From: Raja brachyura
Taxonomy: Eukaryota
Direction: 5' to 3'
NCBI GenBank assembly: GCA_963514005.1
Contig: OY740790.1
Span: 19,716,001-19,780,000 of the forward strand
Length of the DNA stretch: 64,000 nt
The position numbers were made by a program, and so were the translations under genes. Positions within the stretch are counted from its first letter, which is position 1. The number at the start of each line of letters is the position of its first letter. Shown here one piece after another: positions 48,625 to 60,475 of this stretch. The notes below the pieces were generated by a model that was given only the letters and a program-made list of their open reading frames with translations, did not search any database and had not been told where the DNA came from.

Positions 48625-49223
48625 TAACCAAGCGGAGGCTGGGCGATCGTTTCGCCGAACACCTCCGCTCGGTCCGCAATAACCAACCCGACCTCCCGGT
48701 GGCTCAGCACTTCAACTCCCCCTCCCATTCCGTATCCGACCTCTCGGTCCTGGGCCTCCTCCACGGCCAGAGTGAGCAACACCGCAAGTTGGAGCAACAG
48801 CACCTCATATTCCGCTTGGGGAGTCTGCATCCTCTGGGCTTAAACATTGAATTTTCTCAATTCTGTTAACCCTGGCTGCCTCCTCCCCTTCCCACCTCCC
48901 CCTCAGCCCTCGGGCCCTGGCATTCCTTCTCTCTCTATCTCTCCCCCACCCAAGTCGCACTATCTTCTGATTTTCACACTACAAACAGCTTACAATGGCC
49001 TGTTTCCTTTATCATTGATACTTTTTTGCATATCTTTCATTCATTGTTCTTTATCTCTCCACATCACCGCCTATATCTCTCGTTTCCCTGACCAGTCTGA
49101 AGAAGGGTCTCGACCCGAAACGTCGCCCATCTCCTTCGCTCCTTAGATGCTGCTGCACCCGCTTAGTTTCTCCAGCTTTTTGTGTAACCCTTGATTCTCC
49201 AGCATCTGCAGTTCCTTCTTTAA
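48625..49223 (+). mobile_element. Penelope-like element 3' end: GIY-YIG C-terminus plus terminal repeat with an intact hammerhead core
   Basis: TKRRLGDRFAEHLRSVRNNQPDLPVAQHFNSPSHSVSDLSVLGLLHGQSEQHRKLEQQHLIFRLGSLHPLGLNIEFSQFC then stop; CpG-rich, so probably young; terminal ...ccagcatctgcagttccttctt. Confidence 0.88.
49097..49124 (+). ncRNA. Candidate minimal type I hammerhead ribozyme core
   Basis: CUGAAGA-A-GGGUC(UC)GACCC-GAAAC-GUC has all the core nucleotides, a stem II hairpin, a palindromic ACGU stem III and a GUC cleavage triplet. Stem I is weak (~2 bp). Confidence 0.6.
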
Positions 49224-49614
49224 CCAAATGTATATATTATCTTATACCTCAGAATATTCTCCAGTATCTTGCCCACCACAGATGTTAGGCTCACTGGTCC
49301 ATAGTTTCCAGGCTTTTTCTAGTAGTCCTTCTTAAACACAACATTAGCCACCCTCCAGTCTTCTGGCACCTCACCCGTATCTAATGACGATTCATGTATC
49401 TCAGCCAGGGTGCCTGCCTATTTCTTTTCTAGCTTCCCACAGTGTCCTCAGACATATCTGATCAGGCCCAGGAGGTTTGTCGACTTTATACGCCTTATTG
49501 TATCAACACTACCACGATTGTAATACTGACTGTCCTCAAAACATTTTTATTAACTGTCCCAAGTTCCCCAGTCTTCATGTCTTTCCCCACAGTAAAAAAA
49601 GCACCTCCAATGCT

Positions 49615-49880
49615 GTTTCATGAAGTCTGCATGTTCTCCCTGTGACCATATGGGTTTCTTTCTGGTGCTGTTTTCCTCCCACACATCATAGATAATCAAA
49701 GACATATGGATTCATTGACCGCTGTAAATTGTCTCTTTTGTGTAGGTAGAATCAGGTGAGAGGTGATGCAAATGAGGGGATAGCAAATAAAATACCCTGA
49801 GCAAAGGTTTAGTGTTAAGGGTTGTTTGACAACTGGTGCAGAATTGGTGGGCAATGACTATTTCCACATATGACTATGTT
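49615..49880 (+). mobile_element. V-SINE fragment
   Basis: tgcatgttctccctgtgaccatatgggtttcttctggtgctgttttcctcccacac V-core. Confidence 0.65.
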
Positions 49881-50257
49881 TCCTTTGATTTACACTTATA
49901 ATCACAAAGTCTTCTCACTTCCAATTTTCAAACTCTTTTCCCCATCACATAACCATTATATTTTGTTGATACTACTATTTCTTGAACAATTTTTCTAAAT
50001 TCCCAAAATGTCACCTGCTCTAATTCCTCCCAATATTCCACACCATGTTGAAATGAAAATTGTTGCACAGTAAACTGTAATTTATACTTTCTGTAAGTTT
50101 CATTGCTGCAAAGGTATAAGGTTTAGGCTATGGCTTTTTAAAACATTTTTTTTAAATGACAGATTTGACTTTTTTGTCTTTATGATATCTTTTATTTCAA
50201 ACGATTAAAAAAAAAGAGAAAAGAAAAGATGAAAATGAATAAATAAAAGGAAAATTT

Positions 50258-50350
50258 TATATATATATATACATACATACATACATACATATGCATGTAC
50301 ATATATATACATACATATACACATATACATAACATATATGTACATACATA
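50258..50350. repeat. Compound (TA)n/(TACA)n microsatellite
   Basis: tatatatatatatacatacatacatacatacatatgcatgtacatatatatacatac... Confidence 0.9.
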
Positions 50351-51149
50351 AATTAAAAAATCAAAAGCTAATTTCAACATAATACACATTAGACTCCTTT
50401 GAAAAGGGATAGGAAGAAGCCTATGCTTGTCAAGTCCTAACCCCATTCTTCACCATTAACAAATGCAAAATTCAATAAAATAAACTAAACAGACAATTCA
50501 AATAAAACTACTCCAATCAAGCTATTAATAAAACAAAACAAAAAAAGAAAAGAACAAAAGAACAAGCACCATTAACATCTGTGAGATTTACATTCTCCTT
50601 CCTCATTACTGTACTTTTCAAGGATATATCTTTTGTACATTTTTTTAAATTGCATTATGTTCATTCTTTGTTTAATCGTTTCGTCAAGACCATTCCACAA
50701 AACCACTTTTGATGTCCCAATTTGATATTCCAACACACATTCTGTGAATGACCACTAGTCTGTGCTATTGTATAGTTTAGCAATGACTTTCATACTAGAA
50801 AATGTAAGTTGGTAACTTTATTGGCACTTGCATAATTTACACGTTTGTTCAGTATTAGCAATTGAAGTATTGTTGCTCCGGTGGTATGAAGTTGAAAGTT
50901 GAATTTTGAAAACCTGAGTCAGAATTACAGATTTGGTGCACCAGCGTTGTTGCTGTACATGCAGGTGGGATAATTTGCTGTGCCAATTCATTGATGAGGA
51001 GTAAGTGTGACCACTGTTCACTTCAGCAGCCTACCTGAAGATGGCTGCACCCTAGACCATTGCATAATTTCAGTTGAATGGCAGGGTGCAGTTGAGAAGA
51101 AAAATATAGGACATGGATATAATGTTCCAATATTTAGTAGTAATTTTTG

Positions 51150-51505
51150 TGTATAAAATCATGAGAGGAATAGATCGGGAAGATGAACAGAATCTCTTGC
51201 CCAGAGTAGGTGAATCGAGGACCAGAGCACATAGGTTTAAGGTGAAGGGGAAAATACTTAATAGGAATCTGAGGGGTAACTTTATCATGCAAAGGGTTGT
51301 GGGTGAATGGAACAAGCAGCTAGAGGAGGTAGTTGATGCTGGGACTATCTCAACGAGTAAGAAGCAGTTAGACAGGTACATAGGTAGGACAGGTTTGGAG
51401 GGATATGGACCAAACACAGGCAGGTGGGACTAATGTAGCTGAGACGTGTTGGCCGGTGTCGGCAAAAGGCCTGTTTCCACGCTGTATCACTGTGAGTCTA
51501 TGACA
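51150..51505 (+). mobile_element. CR1 3' end
   Basis: VYKIMRGIDREDEQNLLPRVGESRTRAHRFKVKG...QRVVGEWNKQLEEVV...LEGYGPNTGRWD followed by a 3' UTR. Confidence 0.88.
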
Positions 51506-53568
51506 ATGGTGGGGCTCTTTGGATTTGACATTACTTGGCAACTAATATTTCACTTAACTTTCAGCCTATTTCTCAGCAGCCTTCTTGTCCAAACCACCCT
51601 ACTACATATTGGCAAAGATCTCTGAGTGCATATGAGGTGTATATGCCAGCATATGGTTGGATCAATCATAATGCTGAAATAAACTAGGCTGCTGAATAAG
51701 TCACATTCCCTCTCTTAGTCAACTGTCACAACCTTGTAAATGTCTCTGATATTTAGAAACATTCCAAACTTTAGAATTTTATCCGTTTTCTAGTACTTTA
51801 AACTATTTAAAATACAAAACAATATAATTAAATTTAAATAACTAGATTTAACAAAAAAAAAGATTTAATACTTAGCTTGTTTCCTTGCAGCTGGTTCCCC
51901 CCATTAATATGAATGGAGTTGTGGTTCCTGTGCAAGACTTAACCTGGCATAGGTTCAGGTGGGAAATTAGAGAATGTCATGGTTCTGCCACTACACTCCA
52001 TGACTCTGCTAAAAAGGGCAATCAGCTATCAAGAGATTCTGCATTTGTGTTTGTGTGCACCAGTAGAAATCCCAAATTTGCCCATGTCCAGGGAAATAGT
52101 AACAGATAGAGAAGCGGTAACTTGAGGTGGACGGTGAAGTTGCAGAGTGTGGCGTCGTACATTTCTTGGTCGTGTAGAATCCATTGCCTAATTTATGACC
52201 TATTTTTGGGTTGTTAGCTGTTTCCCGAGTTTGCCTCTTAATATATCGGTAAGGTCACACCACATGATAGAGTGTCGTATTGCAGAATTGTGCTGAGTGA
52301 CTAAGACGTTAAAGGGAAAAATATAAGCACGGTTCTTCTGTTTGCACAGCAGGGGTACTGAACTTACATAAGTATTCAGAAAAATTAAAGCAACAGAACT
52401 TGAAAGTACAAAAAAGCCAGGGACATTGCTAATTTAATCTGAGTTGATGTGATTACAAACAAGACCTCTCCAGGAAGACATTCTAAAATCTCTAAAAGAT
52501 ATTGAATAAGGATGTATTTAGTATATTGCAACAATTTTAGTCAGTTTTGCCTAATTGCATAAGTAACATTGATCACAGAGATCTGAACTGTATAGGAAAT
52601 ATTATATTTTGTGCAACATTTGTTCATCTTGTTAAATACTTGTAGTGTTTTTTGTCAATCTCAATTTGATTCGACTGAAAATTATTCCTCTTTTCAAAAA
52701 ATAATTCTGTTGAATGTTCTGCATTTGTTCTCAATTTGCTGGGTAAGAAAACACTTCTAATTTACAAGTTTTCTTTGGTACACTCAATTTGATCCAAATA
52801 ATTTGTTTATCAATACTTTTCCATCATGTGGAAAAGATTCAACAAATGCTCTTGAGGCAGAGTAAAATAACTCCTTCATACAGGATCCAGATAAATATCT
52901 AGCAATCAATAACTTACTACAGTGGTTCTTTGGGCAGGGGAATAGTGGGAAAAGTGTATTGCAAGTGGAGAATAGGAAAATTGATAAGTTTACAGAATGT
53001 TTGTTTCCCTCAATTTGAAGGGAGCAATAAACTCCAAGGCTCCACTCCACGTATTACATGATTGATGGATTTGTCGTCTTTACTCATTTCATGCTTTCCA
53101 GTGTTATTCTTCTGAATGTACACTTTTGAACCTTGTTTTCAAATCCCCTGGAATATCTTTCGTACTTGTCAGAAGTCCTGATCTCAGTAGCCATTTCTAA
53201 TGAGTATTTCCTGTTAAAGGATACCAAATTCACAGAATTTTAGAATAGTTAAAATGTGGTAGAAGGCCATTCAGTCTGTTGAACCTGTACCAACTGCTTG
53301 CAAGCAATCTAGCTAGTCCTGTTACTCTGCCCTTGATCTAATTGCCTTGCAAGTTCATGCATTAATCACATGGATCATGGGGTCCCACATTTCATCATGG
53401 TATATTGATAGAGCGAGGAACTCATTGAATAAATGGTTCTCGTTGCATCTGGTAAATTTGACTAATGCTTAGTTTAAACATTTTCAACAAACCCAGTCTT
53501 TGATTGATACAAATTGATGATCTGCAAGACTTTGTGTCTAATAAATGGCTATATGTGTTTCTAAATAG

Positions 53569-53654
53569 GATAAAGTTGGAAATGTGTGGTGCAGTTTATC
53601 TGTAATCGTGAAGGTGAAGGAGATACTGTCACAACAGACACAGATTTGGCTCAG
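53569..53654 (+). CDS. alg6: ALG6 coding exon 9 (86 nt)
   Basis: aaatag acceptor; DKVGNVWCSLSVIVKVKEILSQQTQIWLS; donor gtagtc. Confidence 0.93.
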
Positions 53655-54317
53655 GTAGTCTTTTTGTTCCCGTTGAACAATTTTGTGTTTAAACATTTCA
53701 CAGTTGTTACCTCAGCAAATGATGAGTTGGTATTTTTAAAGTAATTGCAAATAATATATATTTAATTTTAAAAGCTCTGTTTATTTTAATTGGAAGATGT
53801 TGTATTTTTCTTCCACTGTATGGCTACTTATGACACCATTGAGATCAGTTCATTTTATGTATTCAGTTGAAACTGCCCTATAGCAATCTGGGGCTTCGAG
53901 AATGGGCATCAATTGCGGTATTTAGGTCACCTGGCCAACGATAGGAAAACAATAGAGTAAAAAGTTTTGAGGATAAAATAAGACATTCAATAAAAATTTG
54001 GTGCCATGGAGTTGTACAGCACAGAAATAGGCCCTTCAGCCCAACACATCCATGTCAATCGTTTTGCCCAAATGGACGGTACTTGGTGAAGGAAGGAGCA
54101 AATTTCATACTTATCAGACTCATAAAACAAAATTTTGAACAATCCATTTATGATTCTGACTGAGTGTGTAGCGGAACGGTATTCCAACATTTTCATTTCT
54201 GGTCACATCTGAAGAATGGTAATCCTGTCATGACCGTGACAACAGTTTTTGAAATCCATCCCAGCTGAAGTCAACACCTTGTGGAGGAAATATGTAGAAA
54301 ACTGAATTGAATTTAAA

Positions 54318-54650
54318 AGCGCACAATCTTTTGCCCAGAGTAGGAGAATCGAGAACCAGAGTAGATAGCTTTAAGGTGAGGGGGGAACGATTTAATAGGA
54401 ACATGAGGGGTAACATTTTCACTCAAAGGGTGGTGGGTGTGTAAAACAAGCTACCAGAGGAGGCAGTTGTGGCTGGTACTATCGCAACATTTAAAAAACA
54501 TGTAGACAAGTACATGGATAGGTACAAGTACAGGTTTAGAGGGATATGGGCCAAACTCAGGCAGGTGGGACTAGTGTAGATGGAACATGTTGGTCAGTGT
54601 GGGCAAGTTGGGCCGAAGGGTTTATTTCTATGCTGTAGGACTCCATGACA
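54318..54650 (+). mobile_element. CR1 3' end (same subfamily as 51150)
   Basis: cacaatcttttgcccagagtaggagaatcgagaaccag...gggatatgggccaaactcaggcaggtgggactag. Confidence 0.85.
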
Positions 54651-55679
54651 CACTGAAGTTTTGATATCCACAACATGCATAAAACACATACCACATCAAA
54701 TGTTCAAAGCTCAAGATTTTTGTTTCTGCAGTATTCTGGTTTCCACTTGGAAAATCTTTATCCAACATTTATCCATAACTGATAAAACTGATGAGTTTGT
54801 GTACTAAGTGTTCTACCATCCTATCGATAGCGCTTAAAAGTTGTTTCTTCACTCTCCTGGTTCTTATGACCCCAAACTAAAGTTCTGTTTTATTTTCCAC
54901 TGCCTGACTTGACTGTATCAGCATTTTCTATTCGTGTGCCCGATTTCCCGGAGCTCTAGCTTTTTGATTTTCAATTTGTTTTTTGCTAGGCATGTGTCCA
55001 TGCATAAAATTTCCCACAATTTAAAATTACAACTACCTAGCAATCTCACTCTGAGACAGCTGGGTTGGAAAATTGTTGTTGTGATGTTGTATGTGGTAGT
55101 ATTCTGGAGATGAAGTTAAGAATAATTGTTGTGTGTATTTGTCATCCATCAACTCTGCATATTAGCTGCACGTACAATGGTGATCTTTACATGGATAAAA
55201 AATTTAATTTTTAGGCAATATGAAATTAGGATAGGATTTAAAGAATAGGCTAGAGGAAACGCAAATAAAAAATGAAGGTAGGTGGCCTAATTATGGCAAA
55301 CAACGTTTAAAAGAGATGGATGCAGAGACTAAGAAAGGAGGAATTTACTGAGCCTATGCAGTAAAAAAACCTCTTGCTTTGGCAATACACCAGGAGATGG
55401 ATTTTGAGAACATTGCCTACAACTTGCTAATCCAACTGTGCAAGAGTAATAGAGCACAATTGCCAGGATGCATTGCACAGATGTAACCATGCTGTCTACT
55501 GTCCTGGCCACTGCAAAGGTACAAGGGCATTGATACCAGTGGGTAAAGGACATCTAGACCAATAAACTATGTTAAGTACTGGCAGCTATAAGGAGAGGTT
55601 GTCACATCTATGGTTTTGAGGTTATGAGCACGATTCTTAAATGTGGGAAGATGGTGTCATATATTAATATTGCATACAA

Positions 55680-56080
55680 CCATGCCCTTCAGTCTCCTAT
55701 GTCCATTATCTACATTAGTCTCTTTTGCCCACATAAAGATCTTATTCTTCCATGCCTTTCAAAATGACTCTTAAAGGTATTGGTTGTATGTGATTCTACC
55801 ACCTTCTCTGCCAGCATGTTCCAAATATTAATTACTGTCTACATAAAAGAAACTCACTTCTCAGATCTCCTTTAAAACTACTTCCTCTCATCTTAACCCT
55901 GTCCCTCATGATTTTGATGACCCTACGATGGGAACATTATTTTGATTACCTGCACTAATGCCTCTCATAATCCAGTCTCATCTTATAATGAATCTAGGCA
56001 ACATCCTAGTGAACTTTCCCTATGCTCTCTCCAGTACAATTACACCCTTCTTTTAGTGGGACGACTAGAATTACACACAA
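55680..56080 (-). mobile_element. Degenerate CR1 3' fragment
   Basis: attctaccaccttctctgccagcatgttccaaata...agatctcctttaaaactacttcctctcatcttaa, an antisense CR1 tail pattern. Confidence 0.6.
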
Positions 56081-56346
56081 TATATGCACAAGTAGTTTGG
56101 TTTAAATTATTCAAAAAGATAATAAAAGCAATTGCGGGCAGGATGTATGGAAAGGTTGAAGGGATTAGTGGGTGGGTAAACACAGGCTGTTGTCTTTTGG
56201 ACCTGCAATTGGTGCATCCTTATGTCCTACACTTAACCCAAACATTTAGAGAAAATGCATTATTTCTAATTGCATGTTAAATTGGATAGCTATTCCAAGT
56301 TGCTTTCATCAGGTGGGAAGGCAAAGATACCCAGTTTTTTTAGGTA

Positions 56347-56580
56347 TTTAAGAAAGAGCTGCAAATGCTGGAAAAATCGAAGGTGGACAAAAATGCTGGA
56401 GAAACTCAGCGGGTGAGGCAACGTCTATGGAGAGAAGGCAACGTTTCAGGTCGAGACCATTCAGTCTGAAAAAGGGTCCGTCTGAAGGAGGGTCAGTCTG
56501 AAGAAGGGTCTCGACCCGAACGTCGCCTATTCATTCTCTCCATAGATGCTGCCTCACCCGCTGCGTTTGTCCAGTATTCT
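56347..56580. mobile_element. Palindromic Penelope-terminus-derived element with a triplicated hammerhead 5' half
   Basis: Inverted arms plus three 16-bp units ngtctgaanragggtc at 56463-56510. Confidence 0.85.
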
Positions 56581-56805
56581 TAGATTATTGTTTAACATCG
56601 TTGGGCCAAAAGGCCTGTGTCCATACTGTATGACTCTATGATTCTATAATGCTAAGTCTTTGTCTATGATCAATGATTCTCTACATGCAGATTTCCTGAT
56701 CTTGAGAAAAATGTTTATATTCATTCCAAAAGTGAGTCTCTTTTTTGCATTTGACATGAAATTATTTAATTATCTGGCAGTTTAACAATTGTTTATGTTT
56801 GTCAG

Positions 56806-56890
56806 TTTTGCTGCAACACTTTTGACAATTTTACCTACGTGCGTGAAGTTGACATTTGATCCCACAATAAAGGGATTTAAATTTGCACTG
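56806..56890 (+). CDS. alg6: ALG6 coding exon 10 (85 nt)
   Basis: tttgtcag acceptor; FAATLLTILPTCVKLTFDPTIKGFKFAL; donor gtaagt. Confidence 0.93.
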
Positions 56891-57731
56891 GTAAGTCTTA
56901 TTTTTTAATTTGAAATTGATTGATATTTATTGCATGCAATTTTTCTGGCATTCATTTTCCTTTGGCAATACAGGGCGACAGGGAACTGAGATGCGCAAAT
57001 CAAGATTGTCCTTTAATTCTGTGCCCTATTGCCCTATTTAAACAGGATGCTTGTGGCTAGAGTCAAAATGGCCTTTCTTACTGAACAAGAAGTGTGGTTT
57101 TGAACTTTTTTTTTGTGGTGTCTGTTTGTAGATAGTTGTAGTAAACATCCGGAGAATTAAATACTCACTTTTTCACTTTGCATGAAGAATAGTCAATTGG
57201 TTTGAAGTGTGGGCATTGGTCACCTGGGGAATGGCATATAACTTAGGCACACTGTCCAAGATCTTGTTGTTTATATTTGTTTCCCTTCTGGCAAAGATCA
57301 CTGAACATTGAAAAAGAACAGAGGCGATATGCTTGAACATTGGAGCTGTGGTATGCTTGATTTCCCCCTTCCTACTGCACTAGCATATTCACATCACAAT
57401 GGATTGTCTACCTCTAAGCTGTAGTTTTCCTGCACTGTGTTACCAACATTGTGCAGTTCACTTACTTATGCATTACATAGATTAATGATAGGAAAATAAT
57501 TTTTAAAAGTGTTTTGTCCTTTGATGGTAAATGATAAGATTAATGTTTATGCAAAGAGATCATTTAATCTTCACCTGTTTATATTGATCTTCTGCAGCCT
57601 GGGATTTATTCAGGAAATATAATGTAGTATAAGCAGAGAAAATAAAGGTGGATGTCATAAGGTTCCTTCATGATGGCACAGAATGGGCCATTCTGCAAAG
57701 ATTGCTTTGGAAAACATCCTGCTAACTGTAG

Positions 57732-57941
57732 TTAGACACAAAATTCTGGAGTAACTCAGCGGGACTGGCAGCATCTCTGGAGAGAAGGAACGAGTGAGGT
57801 TTTGGATCTGAAGAAAGGTTTCAACCCGAAACGTCACTCATTCCTTCTCCAGAGATGCAATCCCATTGCCCATGCCTTCTCTCCATAACTCTGACACCCG
57901 TACTAATCAAGAAACCAGCATCTGTAGTTCCTTCCTACACA
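57732..57941. mobile_element. Palindromic Penelope-derived element with hammerhead core, chimeric with a CR1 tail piece
   Basis: ctgaagaaaggtttcaacccgaaacgtc at 57808-57835; antisense CR1 tail segment at ~57859-57912 inside the right arm. Confidence 0.75.
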
Positions 57942-58577
57942 TCATGCTAACTGCCCTCTTCATTGATAAATGATGATGGGCACAACCCAATATAATTGGC
58001 ATCACCCTGTCTCTAAAGAGCAAAAATCAAGTGCTCCCACTCTTCACTGTTGTCGACCGATTCTTGCTGACTGCCTGCTGGATAGCTAGTCCACCAGCAC
58101 TCATTGTTAAGTCAAGATTGATGGCCTGGATGAAATTCCAGATGGCAGGCAGCTGCTGCAAATCTCAAATGCGGGTGCCGGCAGGAAAGGAGGGGAAAAA
58201 TAGGTGGGAGAATAACCTTGAAAGAGCAAGTATAAATTCAACCAGTTTTTTTTTGCGACCTGCTTATAACTTAATGTTAAAATAATTATTTTCTCTAAGA
58301 GTTAGTGCTACAAAGAATTCACAAATTGACTCTCCACTAGTAAGATTTAAAAATGCAGCAGTAATTGACACAAAAATGCTCTACGAATCATTACAACTCA
58401 ACAATTCTGACAGCTTTGGGTGGATTGGATACGTAGATTTAGGTTTGCAACGTGTAATTATTTTTACTTAATCATACATTTCAGTTTTAGCCAACTATCT
58501 AAACACATTCAAGCAATGTGTGAACTAAATTACTAAGGGTCATATTCTTAACCAACATCTTGTTGGTTAAGAATACA

Positions 58578-59225
58578 GGTACAGCAGGCAGTGAAGAAAG
58601 CGAATGGCATGTTGGCCTTTATAACAAGAGTCGTCAAGTATAGGAGCAAATGGCTCCATCAGCAGTGGTACAGAGCCCTAGTGAGACCACACCTGGAGTA
58701 TTGTGTGCAGTTTTAGTCCCCTAATTTGAGGAAGGACATTCTTGCTATTGAGGGAGTGCAGCGTAGGTTTACAAGGTTAATTCCCGGGATGGCGGGAGAT
58801 TGAAGCAGCTGGGCTTGTACACTGTGGAGTTTAGAAGGATGAGAGGGGATCTCATTGAAACATATAAGATAGTTATGTGTTTGCACACGCCGGAGGCAGG
58901 AAACATGTTCCCGATGTTGGGGGAGTCCAGAACCAGGGGCCACAGTTTAAGAATAAGGGGTAAGACATTTAGAACAGAGACGAGGAAACACTTTTCCTCA
59001 CAGAGATTTGTGAGTGTGTGGAATTCTCTGCCTCGGAGGGCGGTGGAGGCAGGTTCCCTGGATGCTTTCAAGAGAGAGCTGGATAGGGCTCTTAAAGATA
59101 GCAGAGACAGGGGATATGGGGAAAAGGCAGGAATGGGGTACTGATTGGGGATGATCAGCCATGATCGCATTGAATGGCGGTGCTTGCTCGAAGGGCTGAA
59201 TGGCCTACTCCTGCACCTATTGTCT
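58578..59225 (+). mobile_element. CR1 3' end, same family as 3129-4143
   Basis: Very similar sequence: gcagtgaagaaagcgaatggcatgttggcc..., RMRGDLIETYKI...VSVWNSLPRRAVEAGSLDAFKRELDRAL. Confidence 0.92.
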
Positions 59226-59520
59226 TGCTTAGAAGTTAGAGACATGGATGATGTACAGTAATTTGATTGGGATTTCTGCATCTTTTTAACGTGGGCTATT
59301 TAATGCAATCAGTCTTTTTCGTAATTCTCCTCATGCTGTTGTCGGCACCTGCTAAGCACTTTACTCCAGGAAGAAGGAACAGTAATTGGCCTTTTAATTA
59401 AACTCTTGCTCTGGAAGGATGTTGGGATGGACTGTTTTGTCCAACTTTGGTCCGTACTCTTTGGCCAACCAAACAATCAATAATTTGAGAACTGCGTGTA
59501 GAAGCAGGTTTTTCAAACCT

Positions 59521-59712
59521 TTGTGTGGGAAGGAACAGCAGATGCTGGTTTACACCAGCGATAGACACAAAGTGCTGGAGTGACAGAGGATCAGGCAGCA
59601 TATTTGGAGAACATGGCGACAGGCGATTTTGTGGGTCGAGACCCTTCAGTCTGAAACGTCACCTGTCTATGTTGGCCAGAAATGCTGTCTGAGTTACTCC
59701 AGCACTGTGTTC
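59521..59712. mobile_element. Degenerate palindromic Penelope-derived short element
   Basis: aaggaacagcagatgctgg...gggtcgagacccttcagtctgaaacgtcacc...gagttactccagcac. Confidence 0.75.
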
Positions 59713-60344
59713 TTTTAAGAAAAATCAGACAGACTCAACTCTTTGTCATAACATATAAATGCATTAATTCTGGCTGTTTACCTTGAATTGCATTTTCAAT
59801 ATTTTCTGGGAGTTATTTACATCCCTCTTCCATTTCACCAAAGAACACCTGTCTTGAGTGTTCATTGTGATACTGCCATCTTTATAGATATTGTACTGTG
59901 CTGGGACTTTATTGATGACCCCCATCCATAAAATCATTCAAGTTACCTTTGTGAGGTAGCATTGTTATTGTTATTCTACCTGCCATTTATTACGTTTTTT
60001 AAAAAAAAATCGCATTTAAATAATGTTGAAAGTTTTTGGATTCCATTCGGCAATTGTCCCACTTGTATAACTAAAATCAAGAAATTTGTATGTGAAAACA
60101 CACAGGAAAAGCCCTGGATCACATCTTTCTACCTTAACTCATTCCCAAGGATGAATTCACAACTGAGTAATGGACCAATGGCCACACTCAAATTTGAGGG
60201 TTGCTGGCATTTGTGAAACTGCACCCTTTTATGATTCTGTGGAAGAGAGATGCGTTAGAATTGCATAACACATTGATAATCTCATGCAAAATGTAAGTGG
60301 CACAAACTAATGCAACATTTTCTTTACACTTTTGCAATTTATAG

Positions 60345-60415
60345 ATAAATTGTTCCTTGGCATTCTTCCTGTTTTCATTCCACGTTCATGAAAAGTCTAT
60401 ACTTCTGGCAGCAAT
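60345..60415 (+). CDS. alg6: ALG6 coding exon 11 (71 nt); gene probably continues beyond the window
   Basis: ttatag acceptor; INCSLAFFLFSFHVHEKSILLAA contains the VHEKSIL motif; donor gtaagt. I found no further exon before 64000. Confidence 0.93.
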
Positions 60416-60475
60416 GTAAGTTTTGGAAATCTGTAATTTTAATTTCCTCTGAGATAAACTGATAAACCACACGAT

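Larger units (their letters stand above)
47612..49600 (-). mobile_element. CR1 LINE fragments interrupted by a Penelope-like insertion
   Basis: Antisense CR1 tail (catagtcatacagcatgg...cccttcagccc) and RT segments; the host sequence resumes after ~49225. Confidence 0.75.

Noticed and set aside
56463-56510. Short direct repeats and recurring palindromic units resembling a CRISPR array
   Set aside because: Eukaryotic context, no unique spacers and no cas genes; explained by Penelope-derived repeats.
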